A DNA stretch of 32,000 nucleotides, taken from assembly GCF_000023965.1 (NCBI RefSeq), contig NC_013202.1, positions 150,001 to 182,000 of the forward strand, in the 5' to 3' direction. Origin of the DNA: Halomicrobium mukohataei DSM 12286. Lineage in GTDB: Archaea; Halobacteriota; Halobacteria; Halobacteriales; Haloarculaceae. The position numbers and the translations under genes are program-made. A model generated the notes under the pieces. It worked only from the letters and a program-made list of their open reading frames with translations. It ran no database searches and was not told the origin of the DNA. Positions 17,226-26,048 of the stretch are shown here, one piece after another; positions within the stretch are counted from its first letter, which is position 1; the number at the start of each line of letters is the position of its first letter.

Positions 17226-19337
17226 ATGGTTACCGATACGACGCCGTCGATGACAGCGGTCGAAGCACCCTACGGGTTGCGACTCGCCGATCCGATCGAG
17301 GGGGCACAGTTTACGCTGCTTACCCAACGCCCAGTGACGCCGGCCTCGATCGACCCGTCGACGTTCGCGCCGCCCGTCGATACGGCCGCCGTGATTACGG
17401 CCACGACGCTAGAGACCCCCTATCAGGTCGACGCGCTCGTTCGTGACGACGAGCTCTCGATCGTCGCCGAATGTACCAGCAGCGAGCGGACCGCTGTCGG
17501 ACCCGGCGAGTACTACGTCGAACTCTCCTCGGCCAAGATGAAGCTGTACCTCTACGTCGAGGGCGAGGTCGTGTTCGAGCCCGGGACCGATCAGGTGCGG
17601 CTCTCGTTTCCGGGTGCCAGCGAGCTCCGGGTCGGCGTTCGGTCGCTCCACGAGCAGCCGGCGGCGACGATCACGACGACCGACGACCTCGAAGCACTGG
17701 CGACCGCGCTGTCACAGCTGGGCTCGGCGCTGAAAACGACGAGCTGTGAGCGGTCGTTCCCGACACTCCGCGGACACCCGCCGCTAATCGAACGCGGCCC
17801 GGAGCTTTCGGTCCCGGCGGCGCTGTCCGCGCCGGAGACGGGCGTGACCATCGAAGTGCCGCCGCGACTGGACGCGCTCTTGCCGATCACGTCGCTGGCG
17901 TACTACCTCGGTGCGACCGTGGAAATCGGATCGCGTCCGATGCTCCACGCCGACGGCTGGTCGCACTCGCTCGACGGCGACGACGGCTTCGAGACGACCG
18001 TCGCGCGCGTGCTCAAGCAGGTGTTCCTGCTGGACTGCGTCACCCGGACAGAGGGGATGTACGACGTGCCGCTGTACGAACGGGACCGCGTCGAAGCGGC
18101 CGTCGATCTGGACTTCCCGGCGCTGTACGACCAGCCACTCGCAGAACAGGTCCGCCAGTACCTACAGGTTCCCTACGAGGCGGTCGCAGAGGCGGTCCCG
18201 ACGTGGAAGCTGACCGCCGACGTCGTTCCGGAGTCCTCGGCACTCCCGGTGTTGCCCTTCCTCGCCGACGAGCTCGCGGTCGTTCGCTGTCCCGACGATC
18301 CCACGGCTACAGACGGCGCGAAGGCGGACCTCTCGCCGAAAGTAACCTCCTTCTTCGATACGTCGGACCGCGGCGGCGAAGCGTTCGTCAGATCGACGGC
18401 GACCCGAAGCGAGACCGCGACTCGGGGACTCGACCAGACGGTGTTCACGCCCGAACCAGCAGACAGCATCGAACAGACCTACGTCGGCGAGGGGATCCCG
18501 CTGGGCGCGAGCAAGATGAGCGTCGAGGAGTACGACCGCCGGCTGGAGTTCGACGCCAGTTCCCGCGAACGGACCCGCATTCTCGTCGTCTGCAACGACC
18601 CCCAGATGAGCGACGAAAACGTCGTCGGGGACATCTACGGCACGCGCGAGTGGATCGAGTTCGACATCACCACGCGCGAGCAGGTCACGACCGACGAACT
18701 CGCCGACCTCCTCGCCGCTGACGCCGACTTCTTCCACTACATCGGTCACGTCGATCCCGACGGCATCCGCTGTACCGACGGCCACCTCGACGCCGAAACG
18801 CTGACGGAAGTCGGCGTCAACGCGTTCCTGCTCAACGCCTGCCAGTCCTACAGCCAGGGCCGCGCGCTCATCGACGCCGGTGCGATCGGCGGCATCGTCA
18901 CCCTGACCGACGTGCTGAACAAGACCGCGACGGAGATCGGCCGGACGGTCGCCCGGTTGCTCAATCAAGGGTTCTCGCTGCTGTCGATGCTCGGCCTGCT
19001 GAAAAAGCGAAACCGGCTGGCCCAGCGCTACATGGTCGTCGGCGACGGCAACGAGACGCTGGTCGAGAGCGAGTCAGGGACACCTATTTCTGCTAATATT
19101 ACACAGGACACATCTGATGGTTGTAGAGTGAGTGTCAACGCGTATCCAACCAAATCTTACCCGATGGGTTCGCTAGTACGACCATATATAACTGGTGAAC
19201 AGAAGTGCTATCTGAATTCAGGTGAACTAAACACGTTCAACGTCTCTGTAGAACGGCTCAACGACTTCCTCGAAATGCAGTTATTCCCAGTTATTTCAAA
19301 CGACAATCTCTACTGGAGTGACGAATACTCCGTCTGA
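17226..19337 (+). CDS. 703-aa protein with C-terminal CHAT/caspase-like cysteine protease domain
   Basis: RILVVCND strand (aa 451). Candidate catalytic His in FFHYIGHVD (H508, nt 18747). Candidate catalytic Cys in AFLLNACQSY (C539, nt 18840). CHAT-like ending RYMVVGDG. The N-terminal ~450 aa have no motif I recognise. Confidence 0.75.
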   Translation: MVTDTTPSMTAVEAPYGLRLADPIEGAQFTLLTQRPVTPASIDPSTFAPPVDTAAVITATTLETPYQVDALVRDDELSIVAECTSSERTAVGPGEYYVELSSAKMKLYLYVEGEVVFEPGTDQVRLSFPGASELRVGVRSLHEQPAATITTTDDLEALATALSQLGSALKTTSCERSFPTLRGHPPLIERGPELSVPAALSAPETGVTIEVPPRLDALLPITSLAYYLGATVEIGSRPMLHADGWSHSLDGDDGFETTVARVLKQVFLLDCVTRTEGMYDVPLYERDRVEAAVDLDFPALYDQPLAEQVRQYLQVPYEAVAEAVPTWKLTADVVPESSALPVLPFLADELAVVRCPDDPTATDGAKADLSPKVTSFFDTSDRGGEAFVRSTATRSETATRGLDQTVFTPEPADSIEQTYVGEGIPLGASKMSVEEYDRRLEFDASSRERTRILVVCNDPQMSDENVVGDIYGTREWIEFDITTREQVTTDELADLLAADADFFHYIGHVDPDGIRCTDGHLDAETLTEVGVNAFLLNACQSYSQGRALIDAGAIGGIVTLTDVLNKTATEIGRTVARLLNQGFSLLSMLGLLKKRNRLAQRYMVVGDGNETLVESESGTPISANITQDTSDGCRVSVNAYPTKSYPMGSLVRPYITGEQKCYLNSGELNTFNVSVERLNDFLEMQLFPVISNDNLYWSDEYSV

Positions 19338-19340
19338 GAA

Positions 19341-19478
19341 TCACGGGCCAGCGAATGTAGCGGCAGCTGCACCAGCAGCAGCGCCGGCCTGCGTCAGCAG
19401 TAGCAGCACGGCAAAGATCATGCCGATGAGTTTCGGGTGCGATGCGAGCGTGTCTTTGACAGATTGTGTCTGGCTCAT
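19341..19478 (-). CDS. Unlisted 45-codon ORF encoding a single-TM peptide
   Basis: MSQTQSVKDTLASHPKLIGMIFAVLLLLTQAGAAAGAAAATFAGP*. ATG at 19478 is preceded by a very AT-rich tract (TTAGATAAATATATTT about 25-40 nt upstream). The stop lies 3 nt from the convergent CHAT gene stop. Confidence 0.45.
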   Translation of the reverse strand: MSQTQSVKDTLASHPKLIGMIFAVLLLLTQAGAAAGAAAATFAGP

Positions 19479-19715
19479 AGCCACTTGTGTACAGGGGCCA
19501 TGGTGAAATATATTTATCTAAAGAATAATAATAAATTATTAGTTCAATTATCTCCATCAAACTCAGGAACCGGTGCGGTCCGGCGAATTTGAGCGCCACC
19601 GGGACGTGTTGTATTGGAGATCTAAGACGAGTGAAGATATTTGTCGGTGTAGAGCCATCAGTACGGTAGTGAACGACAGAACCCACACCGTGATCGTAGT
19701 GAGGAGGGCGGTGCT

Positions 19716-20300
19716 GTGACCGAGAACTTCGATCTCGGACCGGCCGTCGCGGACGCGACGAACGTGTTGCTGGTCGCGCCGGGCGTCGGGGACACTGCAG
19801 ACCGGCTGTGCTGTGATGTCCTGACGGCCGACGGGCTGCCGGAGCACGTCGTCGGGGTGACGATCAGTGACGGGCCAGAGGAGAAGGCCACGCGGTGGCG
19901 AGAGCTGCTCGGCCCGGCACCGTCGCTGTCGATGCTGGGGATCGACGGCGTGACCCGCTCGGCCGCGGTCCAGCAGGCACCGACGGCCGACGACACGACC
20001 ATCGAGTATCTCGACAGCTCCGAGCCCATCCGGGAGCTCGGCGAGCGGATCGCGACGAAGATCCACCGCGAAACCGACACCGCGGTCTGTTTCGACTCGA
20101 TCACCGACCTCCAGGAGTGTATGGGACGTGAAACCGCCTTCGAGTTCCTGCACGTGCTCGGCTCGCGCGTCAGAGCCGGCGGTGCGACCGGCTACTACTA
20201 CATCGATCGGACGGTCCACGACGAAGAGACGATGACGCTGTACTCGACGCTGTTCGACGCCGCGATCGAGGTCGGCTCGGACACCGACGGAGGCAACTGA
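19716..20300 (+). CDS. KaiC/RecA-superfamily-like protein with degenerate Walker A (probable pseudo-ATPase signalling partner)
   Basis: NVLLVAPGVGDTADRL sits where a P-loop is expected and has no GK[ST]. TAVCFDSITDL is Walker-B-like. GGAGG lies 10 nt upstream of the GTG start. Confidence 0.6.
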   Translation: MTENFDLGPAVADATNVLLVAPGVGDTADRLCCDVLTADGLPEHVVGVTISDGPEEKATRWRELLGPAPSLSMLGIDGVTRSAAVQQAPTADDTTIEYLDSSEPIRELGERIATKIHRETDTAVCFDSITDLQECMGRETAFEFLHVLGSRVRAGGATGYYYIDRTVHDEETMTLYSTLFDAAIEVGSDTDGGN

Positions 20301-20352
20301 TCGTGCAGCGCGTACGCGTGGCGTCTCCCGGTCCGGCGATGCGAGGGAGACG

Positions 20353-20931
20353 ATGAGCAACGCGGCGTTCGATATCTCCGTGACCGACAACGTAGTCCTG
20401 GTCTGTATCGACGACGACGGCTGTCGCCAGCGGGTGACGGCGGTGCTGCGCGAGGAGTGGCCCGTCAGGACGGCGATCGACGCGGAGGCGGCCCTCGACA
20501 GCCTCGACGAGGCGGTGTCGGTCGTCGTCGTCGACGCCAGAGACGGTATCGAGCAGTCGATTCCACGCCCCCAGCGCGACGAGCGCCCGTTCGAGCTGGC
20601 GGCGCTGGTCGACGAGTCGGTCGACGGCACCGACAGAGCCGTCGAGTGTGTCACCAAACCGATCTCGCCGGAGACGCTTCGCGCGACGGTCGAGCGCCTC
20701 CAGCGCCGCGTCGAGTACGATCAGCTACTCGGGCGCTACTACGCGGTCGCCAGCGAGTACGCCGCCGCGGCCAGCGGTCACCAGCGAGAGCCAGAGGCGG
20801 TGTCGGAGCTGAAAGGGCGACTGTCGGCGATGCGGACGCGGCTGGACGAACTCGCCGACGGCCTCGACGACCACGACGCGTTCTCGGTCGCACTGGGCGC
20901 GCCAGACGAGACGGAACCGCCTGACGAGTGA
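20353..20931 (+). CDS. Response regulator, receiver domain plus HalX-type coiled C-terminal domain
   Basis: VLVCIDDDG acidic pocket, acceptor Asp in VVVVDARDG, and VTKPIS (Lys-Pro). The C-terminal LQRRVEYDQLLGRYYAVASEY...LKGRLSAMRTRLDEL resembles HalX. Confidence 0.8.
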   Translation: MSNAAFDISVTDNVVLVCIDDDGCRQRVTAVLREEWPVRTAIDAEAALDSLDEAVSVVVVDARDGIEQSIPRPQRDERPFELAALVDESVDGTDRAVECVTKPISPETLRATVERLQRRVEYDQLLGRYYAVASEYAAAASGHQREPEAVSELKGRLSAMRTRLDELADGLDDHDAFSVALGAPDETEPPDE

Positions 20932-20932
20932 G

Positions 20933-21330
20933 TCACGTGGCTCCGGTCTCGTCTGAGCCGTCGACACCGTTGGCGCTCTCGTCTGAGAGCACCTCGACCG
21001 AAGGAGTTCCCAGCGGGTCGTCGACGAATCTGAGCTTCCCGTTCGTCGTCCCGACGTAGACGATCTCCGTCGCGCAGTCGCCGTCGACATCTGCCGTCGT
21101 CAGTGGCGCTTTCATCGCACTCACGCCAGTGAGGCGTTCGGTCCCGCCACCGCTCGCTTTGCGGTTGATCAGGATTTCGTTGCTCCCGTCGACCAGGACC
21201 ACTGCTGGCGTGCCGTCGCCGTCGGCGCGGGAGTCTGTTGGTCAGCCAGGCCGAACAGGAACGTCCCCGCCGCCGCGACCAGCAGGACGACGATCGCGAC
21301 CACCGCTGAGACGCTCCGGTCGCCGATCCC
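20933..21330 (-). pseudogene. Frameshifted gene for a membrane-anchored FG-GAP/VCBS-like repeat protein
   Basis: A hydrophobic anchor SAVVAIVVLLVAAAGTFLFGLA in one frame (ORF 21169..21492) is followed, after a shift near 21215-21235, by ADGDGTPAVVLVDGSNEI...ADVDGDCATEIVYVG repeats (ORF 20933..21202). Confidence 0.4.
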
Positions 21331-21413
21331 AGAGAGTCGTGGGTCGCCAATCTCGTACAGGGTAGAGACTCGAACGGCAAAGAAGTCAGTGTTACCTCCG
21401 GTCCGGAGAGCGA

Positions 21414-22412
21414 TCAGACCGCTTCCAGCGCGTCCAGCAGATTGCACTTGCGACAGCGATCCCGGCCCGTCGGAGCCCCACAGTTCTCGCACTCGCCGAA
21501 GTCGGCGTCGCGGTCGTCTTCGCTACGGTAGGCCTCGGCGGCCAGCGCGGCGAGTTTCTCGTAGCCGGCCATGATCGAGTGGCGCGTGCCGGGGTGGTTC
21601 TCTTCGAGGCCGAGCATGAGGTCCTGTATCTCGCCGCGATAGGCCTCCTCGGCGTGGGGACACTCGGTGATGTGGGCCGGCAGCTCCTCGAAGCGAGCGT
21701 ACAGAGCGACCTCCTTTTCTGGGATGTCACGGAGTGGTTTGGCCCGCGGGATGTGCTGGTCGGTCTCGGGACGCTCTCGGTCGGCGGGTCCGTCGCCGTC
21801 GGCGTCGAACGGTCCCAGCGACGAGTCGAAGTGCTGGGCGATCTGGGTCACGTCGCCTTCGAGGACGTTCATCAGCGCGGTCTCGGCCTCGTCGTCGAGG
21901 TTGTGGCCCGTCAGCAGCTTGTCGGCGTCGAGTTCGTCGGCGTACTTCGAGAGGAGATCCCGACGAAAGACGCCACAGTACGCACAGGCGGCCATCCCCT
22001 CGGGATCGTCCTCGACGACCTCGTCCATGCGCACGTCGAACTCCTCGTCGTAGCTGACGACCTCGTGGCGGATGCCCAGGTCGTCGGTCAGCGTCACCGA
22101 GGCGTCGAGGCTCTCGTCGCGGTACCCCTCGATTCCCTCGTGGATCGACAGCGCGACGAGTTCGATCCGCGGGTCCTCGGCGAACACGTCCTGTAAGATC
22201 TGCGTGAGGACGACGCTGTCTTTGCCGCCCGAGAGCCCGATCACCCACGTCTCCGGGTCCTCCGGCGTGGCGTCGCGAGGCACCAGCCCGTCCTCGCGGA
22301 TACGGCGACGGACGCGCTTCTCGACGGTCCGACAGAAGTGCTCTTCGCACATGTGCAGCCCCGAGTAGGCCGCGTGCATCACCGCCGGTGCGCCACACTT
22401 GTCACACTCCAT
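21414..22412 (-). CDS. ncsA: tRNA 2-thiolation PP-loop ATPase, Ncs6/Tuc1 family (NcsA)
   Basis: N-terminal CDKCG...CEEHF zinc finger, SGGKDS PP-loop, C-terminal CENCG...CRKC zinc finger. 332 aa, as expected for the family. Confidence 0.85.
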   Translation of the reverse strand: MECDKCGAPAVMHAAYSGLHMCEEHFCRTVEKRVRRRIREDGLVPRDATPEDPETWVIGLSGGKDSVVLTQILQDVFAEDPRIELVALSIHEGIEGYRDESLDASVTLTDDLGIRHEVVSYDEEFDVRMDEVVEDDPEGMAACAYCGVFRRDLLSKYADELDADKLLTGHNLDDEAETALMNVLEGDVTQIAQHFDSSLGPFDADGDGPADRERPETDQHIPRAKPLRDIPEKEVALYARFEELPAHITECPHAEEAYRGEIQDLMLGLEENHPGTRHSIMAGYEKLAALAAEAYRSEDDRDADFGECENCGAPTGRDRCRKCNLLDALEAV

Positions 22413-22450
22413 CGGGTGTCCGTAGCGGACGTGGCAGGGTCAGGGTTTCG

Positions 22451-23155
22451 TTACGAGACGACCGCGTCCCGTCCCCGTTCGAGCGCCGACAGCAGCGTCG
22501 GGACGTGTTCGTCGCGAGACCGCGAGGAGAACAGTTCGTGGCCGCCGTCGTACAGCACCGTCCGGGCTGCGGGCATCCGCTGGCCGATCGCGCGCGTCGA
22601 GACCACGCGATCGGTCAGCGAGCAGAAGACGACCGCCTCGTCGTCGCTCTCGGGGAGCGTTCGGTGCGCCCGTTTCGTCGCCCGGAGGAAGGCCGGCGAG
22701 ACGCGATCCGGACCGTCGGCCAACTGCTCGTCGGTCGCGTGCTCGCCGATGAGCGATCGATCGCTGACCCCGCTGGGGAGGAGCTTGGCGTTGCCGGGAA
22801 TCGAGGCGAAGAGATCGACGATCGGCCCCTGACGCGACGGCGGGTCGCCCCACCACGGACTGAGATACGTCGTCGTCACCGCGTCGAGGTCGGCGTGGGC
22901 GACGGTGAGACCGCCGGCACTGTGGGCCAGTACGGCGGGATCGTCGAGGTCGGCGGCGTAGGACTCGACCGGTCGGACCCACTGCTCGGACACGTCGGTG
23001 ACGTGTGGCGGCAGGGTCGCAGTGTGGACTTGCCAGCCGTCGGCGGCGATTCGATCGATCAGCCAGCGGACCGGTTCGTGTGCCGGGCGATTCCCCCAGC
23101 CCAGGACGAACAGACAGTCTGGGTCGGACGCCTCCCCGAAGGTGTGAAACTCCAT
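22451..23155 (-). CDS. Alpha/beta hydrolase fold protein
   Basis: Start taken at MEFHTFGE (ATG 23155). Nucleophile-elbow-like LAHSAGG and C-terminal GGHELF. Confidence 0.7.
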   Translation of the reverse strand: MEFHTFGEASDPDCLFVLGWGNRPAHEPVRWLIDRIAADGWQVHTATLPPHVTDVSEQWVRPVESYAADLDDPAVLAHSAGGLTVAHADLDAVTTTYLSPWWGDPPSRQGPIVDLFASIPGNAKLLPSGVSDRSLIGEHATDEQLADGPDRVSPAFLRATKRAHRTLPESDDEAVVFCSLTDRVVSTRAIGQRMPAARTVLYDGGHELFSSRSRDEHVPTLLSALERGRDAVVS

Positions 23156-23221
23156 GGACAGACGACGGCCGCCACGGTCAAAAAGCCGGCCGGAGCCCAC
23201 GGCGAAGCCGTTGTCGGCCGT

Positions 23222-24283
23222 TTACCGGTCGCCGTCGGCGTGCCACTCGATCCACTGTCCGTGGGGGTGATATCGAGCCAGTCGGTCGGTCGTGAGTGTC
23301 CCTGCGACCGAGCGGTGCCAGCGGAGATCGAGTCCGTCGCCCGGATCGTCGAAGGCACCACTACCGGTGAGCCAGTGGAGTTGCCGCTCCCGGGCACGGG
23401 TGGCGATCAGGTCCCGGAGGTTCGCTCTGACCTCGTCGGGCAGCTGGTAGAGCACGAGCGTGCTGTAGACGACGACCGGCACGTCTGCCGGGATCGTGTC
23501 GAGGATTCTGGGGAGCTCGTCGATTGCGTCTCCCTCAATCAGCCGTGGTGGATCGCGCCGAGCGACCGCGACGGCATCGGAGAGGGCGGCGCGCCGCTGG
23601 TCGTGTTCGGGCCAAGTCAACGCCCCGAGCCACTCGACGTCGGCCTCGTCGGTCACGTCCATCGGATTCAGATCGACGCCGACGCGAGAGTGGACACCGG
23701 GGGGATCGACCGGCAACGGCGGAGTCCCCTCCTCGACGGTGGCTCGAATCGTCACCGGCGCGTCGGACCGTCCGACCCGGCGAACGTCCTCGTCGAGATC
23801 CCTGCCACGGAACGCGTAGCCGTAGCGGTCCAGCGCGAGGTTCAGCCCAGCACTCGGACCGATCTCGACGAGCGCGATCTGGCCCTCAGTCTGGGCTGTG
23901 ACGTGTGCGATCGCCGGATAGAGGACCGCACAGCGGCCCACCTCGTTCGTCTGTGTCCGACGGTCAGTGAGAAGCGGACGCAGTGCCCCCGCGTACGTCC
24001 GGCAGAAATCCCGCAGCGCCGGTCCGAGATCCCCGTCGGGCGGGCGCGGATCGTCGGTCACGCTGGAGTAGTAATTGGCCAGTGGATGGTCGACGCCGCG
24101 CCGGACCACACAGTGGACGGCGGCGAGAAAGACGTTCGCGACGGCTCGGTCCGCGGGAACCGTCTCGGCGAGCGTGAGGAGTTCGGGTTCGTCGGCGACA
24201 ATTCGACAGAGCCGTTCGTACAGCGGCGAAGTGTCGGCAGTCCACTCGGCCAGGTCGAGGAACGGCTCTCGAAGGTCCGTCAT
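23222..24283 (-). CDS. DUF2332-like protein
   Basis: 353 aa with RRTQTNEVGRCAVLYP and VEIGPSAGLNL segments that I associate with DUF2332. Function unknown. Confidence 0.7.
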   Translation of the reverse strand: MTDLREPFLDLAEWTADTSPLYERLCRIVADEPELLTLAETVPADRAVANVFLAAVHCVVRRGVDHPLANYYSSVTDDPRPPDGDLGPALRDFCRTYAGALRPLLTDRRTQTNEVGRCAVLYPAIAHVTAQTEGQIALVEIGPSAGLNLALDRYGYAFRGRDLDEDVRRVGRSDAPVTIRATVEEGTPPLPVDPPGVHSRVGVDLNPMDVTDEADVEWLGALTWPEHDQRRAALSDAVAVARRDPPRLIEGDAIDELPRILDTIPADVPVVVYSTLVLYQLPDEVRANLRDLIATRARERQLHWLTGSGAFDDPGDGLDLRWHRSVAGTLTTDRLARYHPHGQWIEWHADGDR

Positions 24284-24346
24284 ACGGGTCGTTCCAGTGG
24301 GCCGGACAAGACAGTTGCCGTCGGGTGGGAACGAGCACCACAGCCG

Positions 24347-25966
24347 TCACTCCTCGCGGACGCGTGGCAGCGTGATCGTGACGGTCGTGCCGTCGTCGAC
24401 GGTGACCGCGATGGTGCCATCGAGCCACTCGACGACCCACTTGACGACCCACAGCCCGAGGCCCGAACCGTGGTCGGTCGGCGTCTCGACGAACGACTCG
24501 GTGAGGACTCGCCGCTCTACGTCGGGCAAACCGGGGCCGTCGTCGTCGACCGTAATCGAGACCCTCTCGGGCGTCGTGGTCACGTCGATCGACACCGTCG
24601 GCTCCGCACAGTCGTGGATGATCGCGTTGCGGATCAGTTCGTCGGCGACGACGCTGACGAGGTCCCCGTCGGGGACGAGGGCGGTCTCGGAGGACGACTC
24701 CGTCGCGACGGTCGCGTCGGGGTACTCGGCCCGGAGGTCTGCGACCGTCTCCTCGACCAGCGGTCCGATCGGTCTGGGCGGGGACTCCGAGCGGTCCGTC
24801 CGGAGCGACGTCTCGACGATCCGTGCGTGATCGGCGAGCTTCAACAGCGACTCGCCGCGGCGTTTGATGAGAGTCGCGTCCTCGATCAGGCGCTCCTCTT
24901 CGGCAGACTCCTCGATGCGAGCGGCCGTCCCGGAGACGACCGTCATGGCGTTGCGGAGGTTGTGTCTGAGCACGCGGTTGAGCACCGTCACCTCGACGCG
25001 GCGACGCGCCAGGGTCTCGCTGAGCTCGTTGAAGTGTTTGGCGACGTTGGTCCACTCGGTCGGCCCCGACAGGGAGACCGTCGTGCCGTACTCGCCGGCC
25101 ACCAGCGCGTTCAGCCCGCCCTGGAGACGCTCGAAGTTGGCGACGTACTCCCGATAGAGCCACCACCCGAACACCGACAGCGACGCGAGGACGAGCCCCA
25201 GCGTCCCGAGGCCAAGCAGCGTGATCGACTGGAGCTCCGACCGAACGGCGCTCTCGGTCCGTGTCGTCGACACGGTCCAGTCGGTCCGGTCGACGGTCGC
25301 GTTGGCGACGGCGACCGCACCCTCGTCGCCCGGCTGTGGGCCCCGCTGGTACAGCGTCGTGCCGTTGGCCGCGACGAGGACGCCGCTCGCGGTGCTTTGC
25401 TCCTGGCGGATCGGCGCGAGGAAGTCACCCCGACGAACGTGAAACGCCGCGTTGAACGTCCCGACGATCGACCCATCGGAGTGGATCGGGGCACTGATCG
25501 TGACGATCCGGTTGCCACTCTCCGCGGAGACCGGTTCGCTGACGTACGTCTCGCCGGCCATCGCCCGCTGGAAGTACTCCCGGTTGCCAAACTGCTGGCC
25601 GACGAGGGCGCGCGACTGAGCAGGCGCAGTTCCCTCGGAGTACAGCGCCGTCATCGTCCCGTTGGCGGCGATGACTGACGCGCCGCTAAAGGAGGTCGAC
25701 AGGACGAACGACCGGACCGACTCCGCCTGTTCCTGTGAGTGGTGGTCGGCCAGCGCCGGGGTTTCGGTCCACAGACCGACCGTCTGGCCCTTCTCGGTGA
25801 GGAGAACGTCGAGCTGGGAGGCCATCGTCTCGCTGACTCGTTCGAGGGCGGCCTCCTCCTGTGCGATCGTCGCATCGCGATACAGCGTGAAGCCGGCCAG
25901 CGAGAGCACCGAGAGCACCACCGTCAACACCAGGAACGCGACGAGGAAGCGTCGCCGAAGTCGCAT
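24347..25966 (-). CDS. Membrane sensor histidine kinase (extracytoplasmic Cache-like domain, HAMP-like linker, HisKA, HATPase_c)
   Basis: Start at MRLRRRFLVAFLVLTVVL (ATG 25966; the track ORF extends further upstream). Second TM segment ITLLGLGTLGLVLASLSVFGWWLY. H-box VLRHNLRN. ELIRNAIIHD, DDGPGLP and GSGLGLWVV boxes. Confidence 0.85.
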   Translation of the reverse strand: MRLRRRFLVAFLVLTVVLSVLSLAGFTLYRDATIAQEEAALERVSETMASQLDVLLTEKGQTVGLWTETPALADHHSQEQAESVRSFVLSTSFSGASVIAANGTMTALYSEGTAPAQSRALVGQQFGNREYFQRAMAGETYVSEPVSAESGNRIVTISAPIHSDGSIVGTFNAAFHVRRGDFLAPIRQEQSTASGVLVAANGTTLYQRGPQPGDEGAVAVANATVDRTDWTVSTTRTESAVRSELQSITLLGLGTLGLVLASLSVFGWWLYREYVANFERLQGGLNALVAGEYGTTVSLSGPTEWTNVAKHFNELSETLARRRVEVTVLNRVLRHNLRNAMTVVSGTAARIEESAEEERLIEDATLIKRRGESLLKLADHARIVETSLRTDRSESPPRPIGPLVEETVADLRAEYPDATVATESSSETALVPDGDLVSVVADELIRNAIIHDCAEPTVSIDVTTTPERVSITVDDDGPGLPDVERRVLTESFVETPTDHGSGLGLWVVKWVVEWLDGTIAVTVDDGTTVTITLPRVREE

Positions 25967-26048
25967 TGTCGGCAGTTTCGCCACGGAACACATAAAGAGT
26001 GGGGCCACGACGGCAGACATATTTCCCTGTGACCGGTAGGGTCGGGCG

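Noticed and set aside
19318-19506. 62-aa plus-strand ORF listed in the track
   Set aside because: It overlaps the end of the protease gene and reads as Ala/Ser/Cys-rich sequence. The opposite strand encodes a more convincing TM peptide with a promoter-like upstream region.
19495-19560. AT-rich tract as a replication origin (DUE)
   Set aside because: No flanking ORB-type inverted repeats and no orc1/cdc6 gene. It is better explained as promoter or foreign AT-rich DNA.
22388-25678. 1096-aa plus-strand ORF, the longest in the window
   Set aside because: Arg/Gly/Pro/Val-rich low-complexity translation with no motifs. It lies antisense to four well-supported minus-strand genes (hydrolase, DUF2332-like, histidine kinase, part of ncsA). 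Typical shadow ORF of high-GC DNA.
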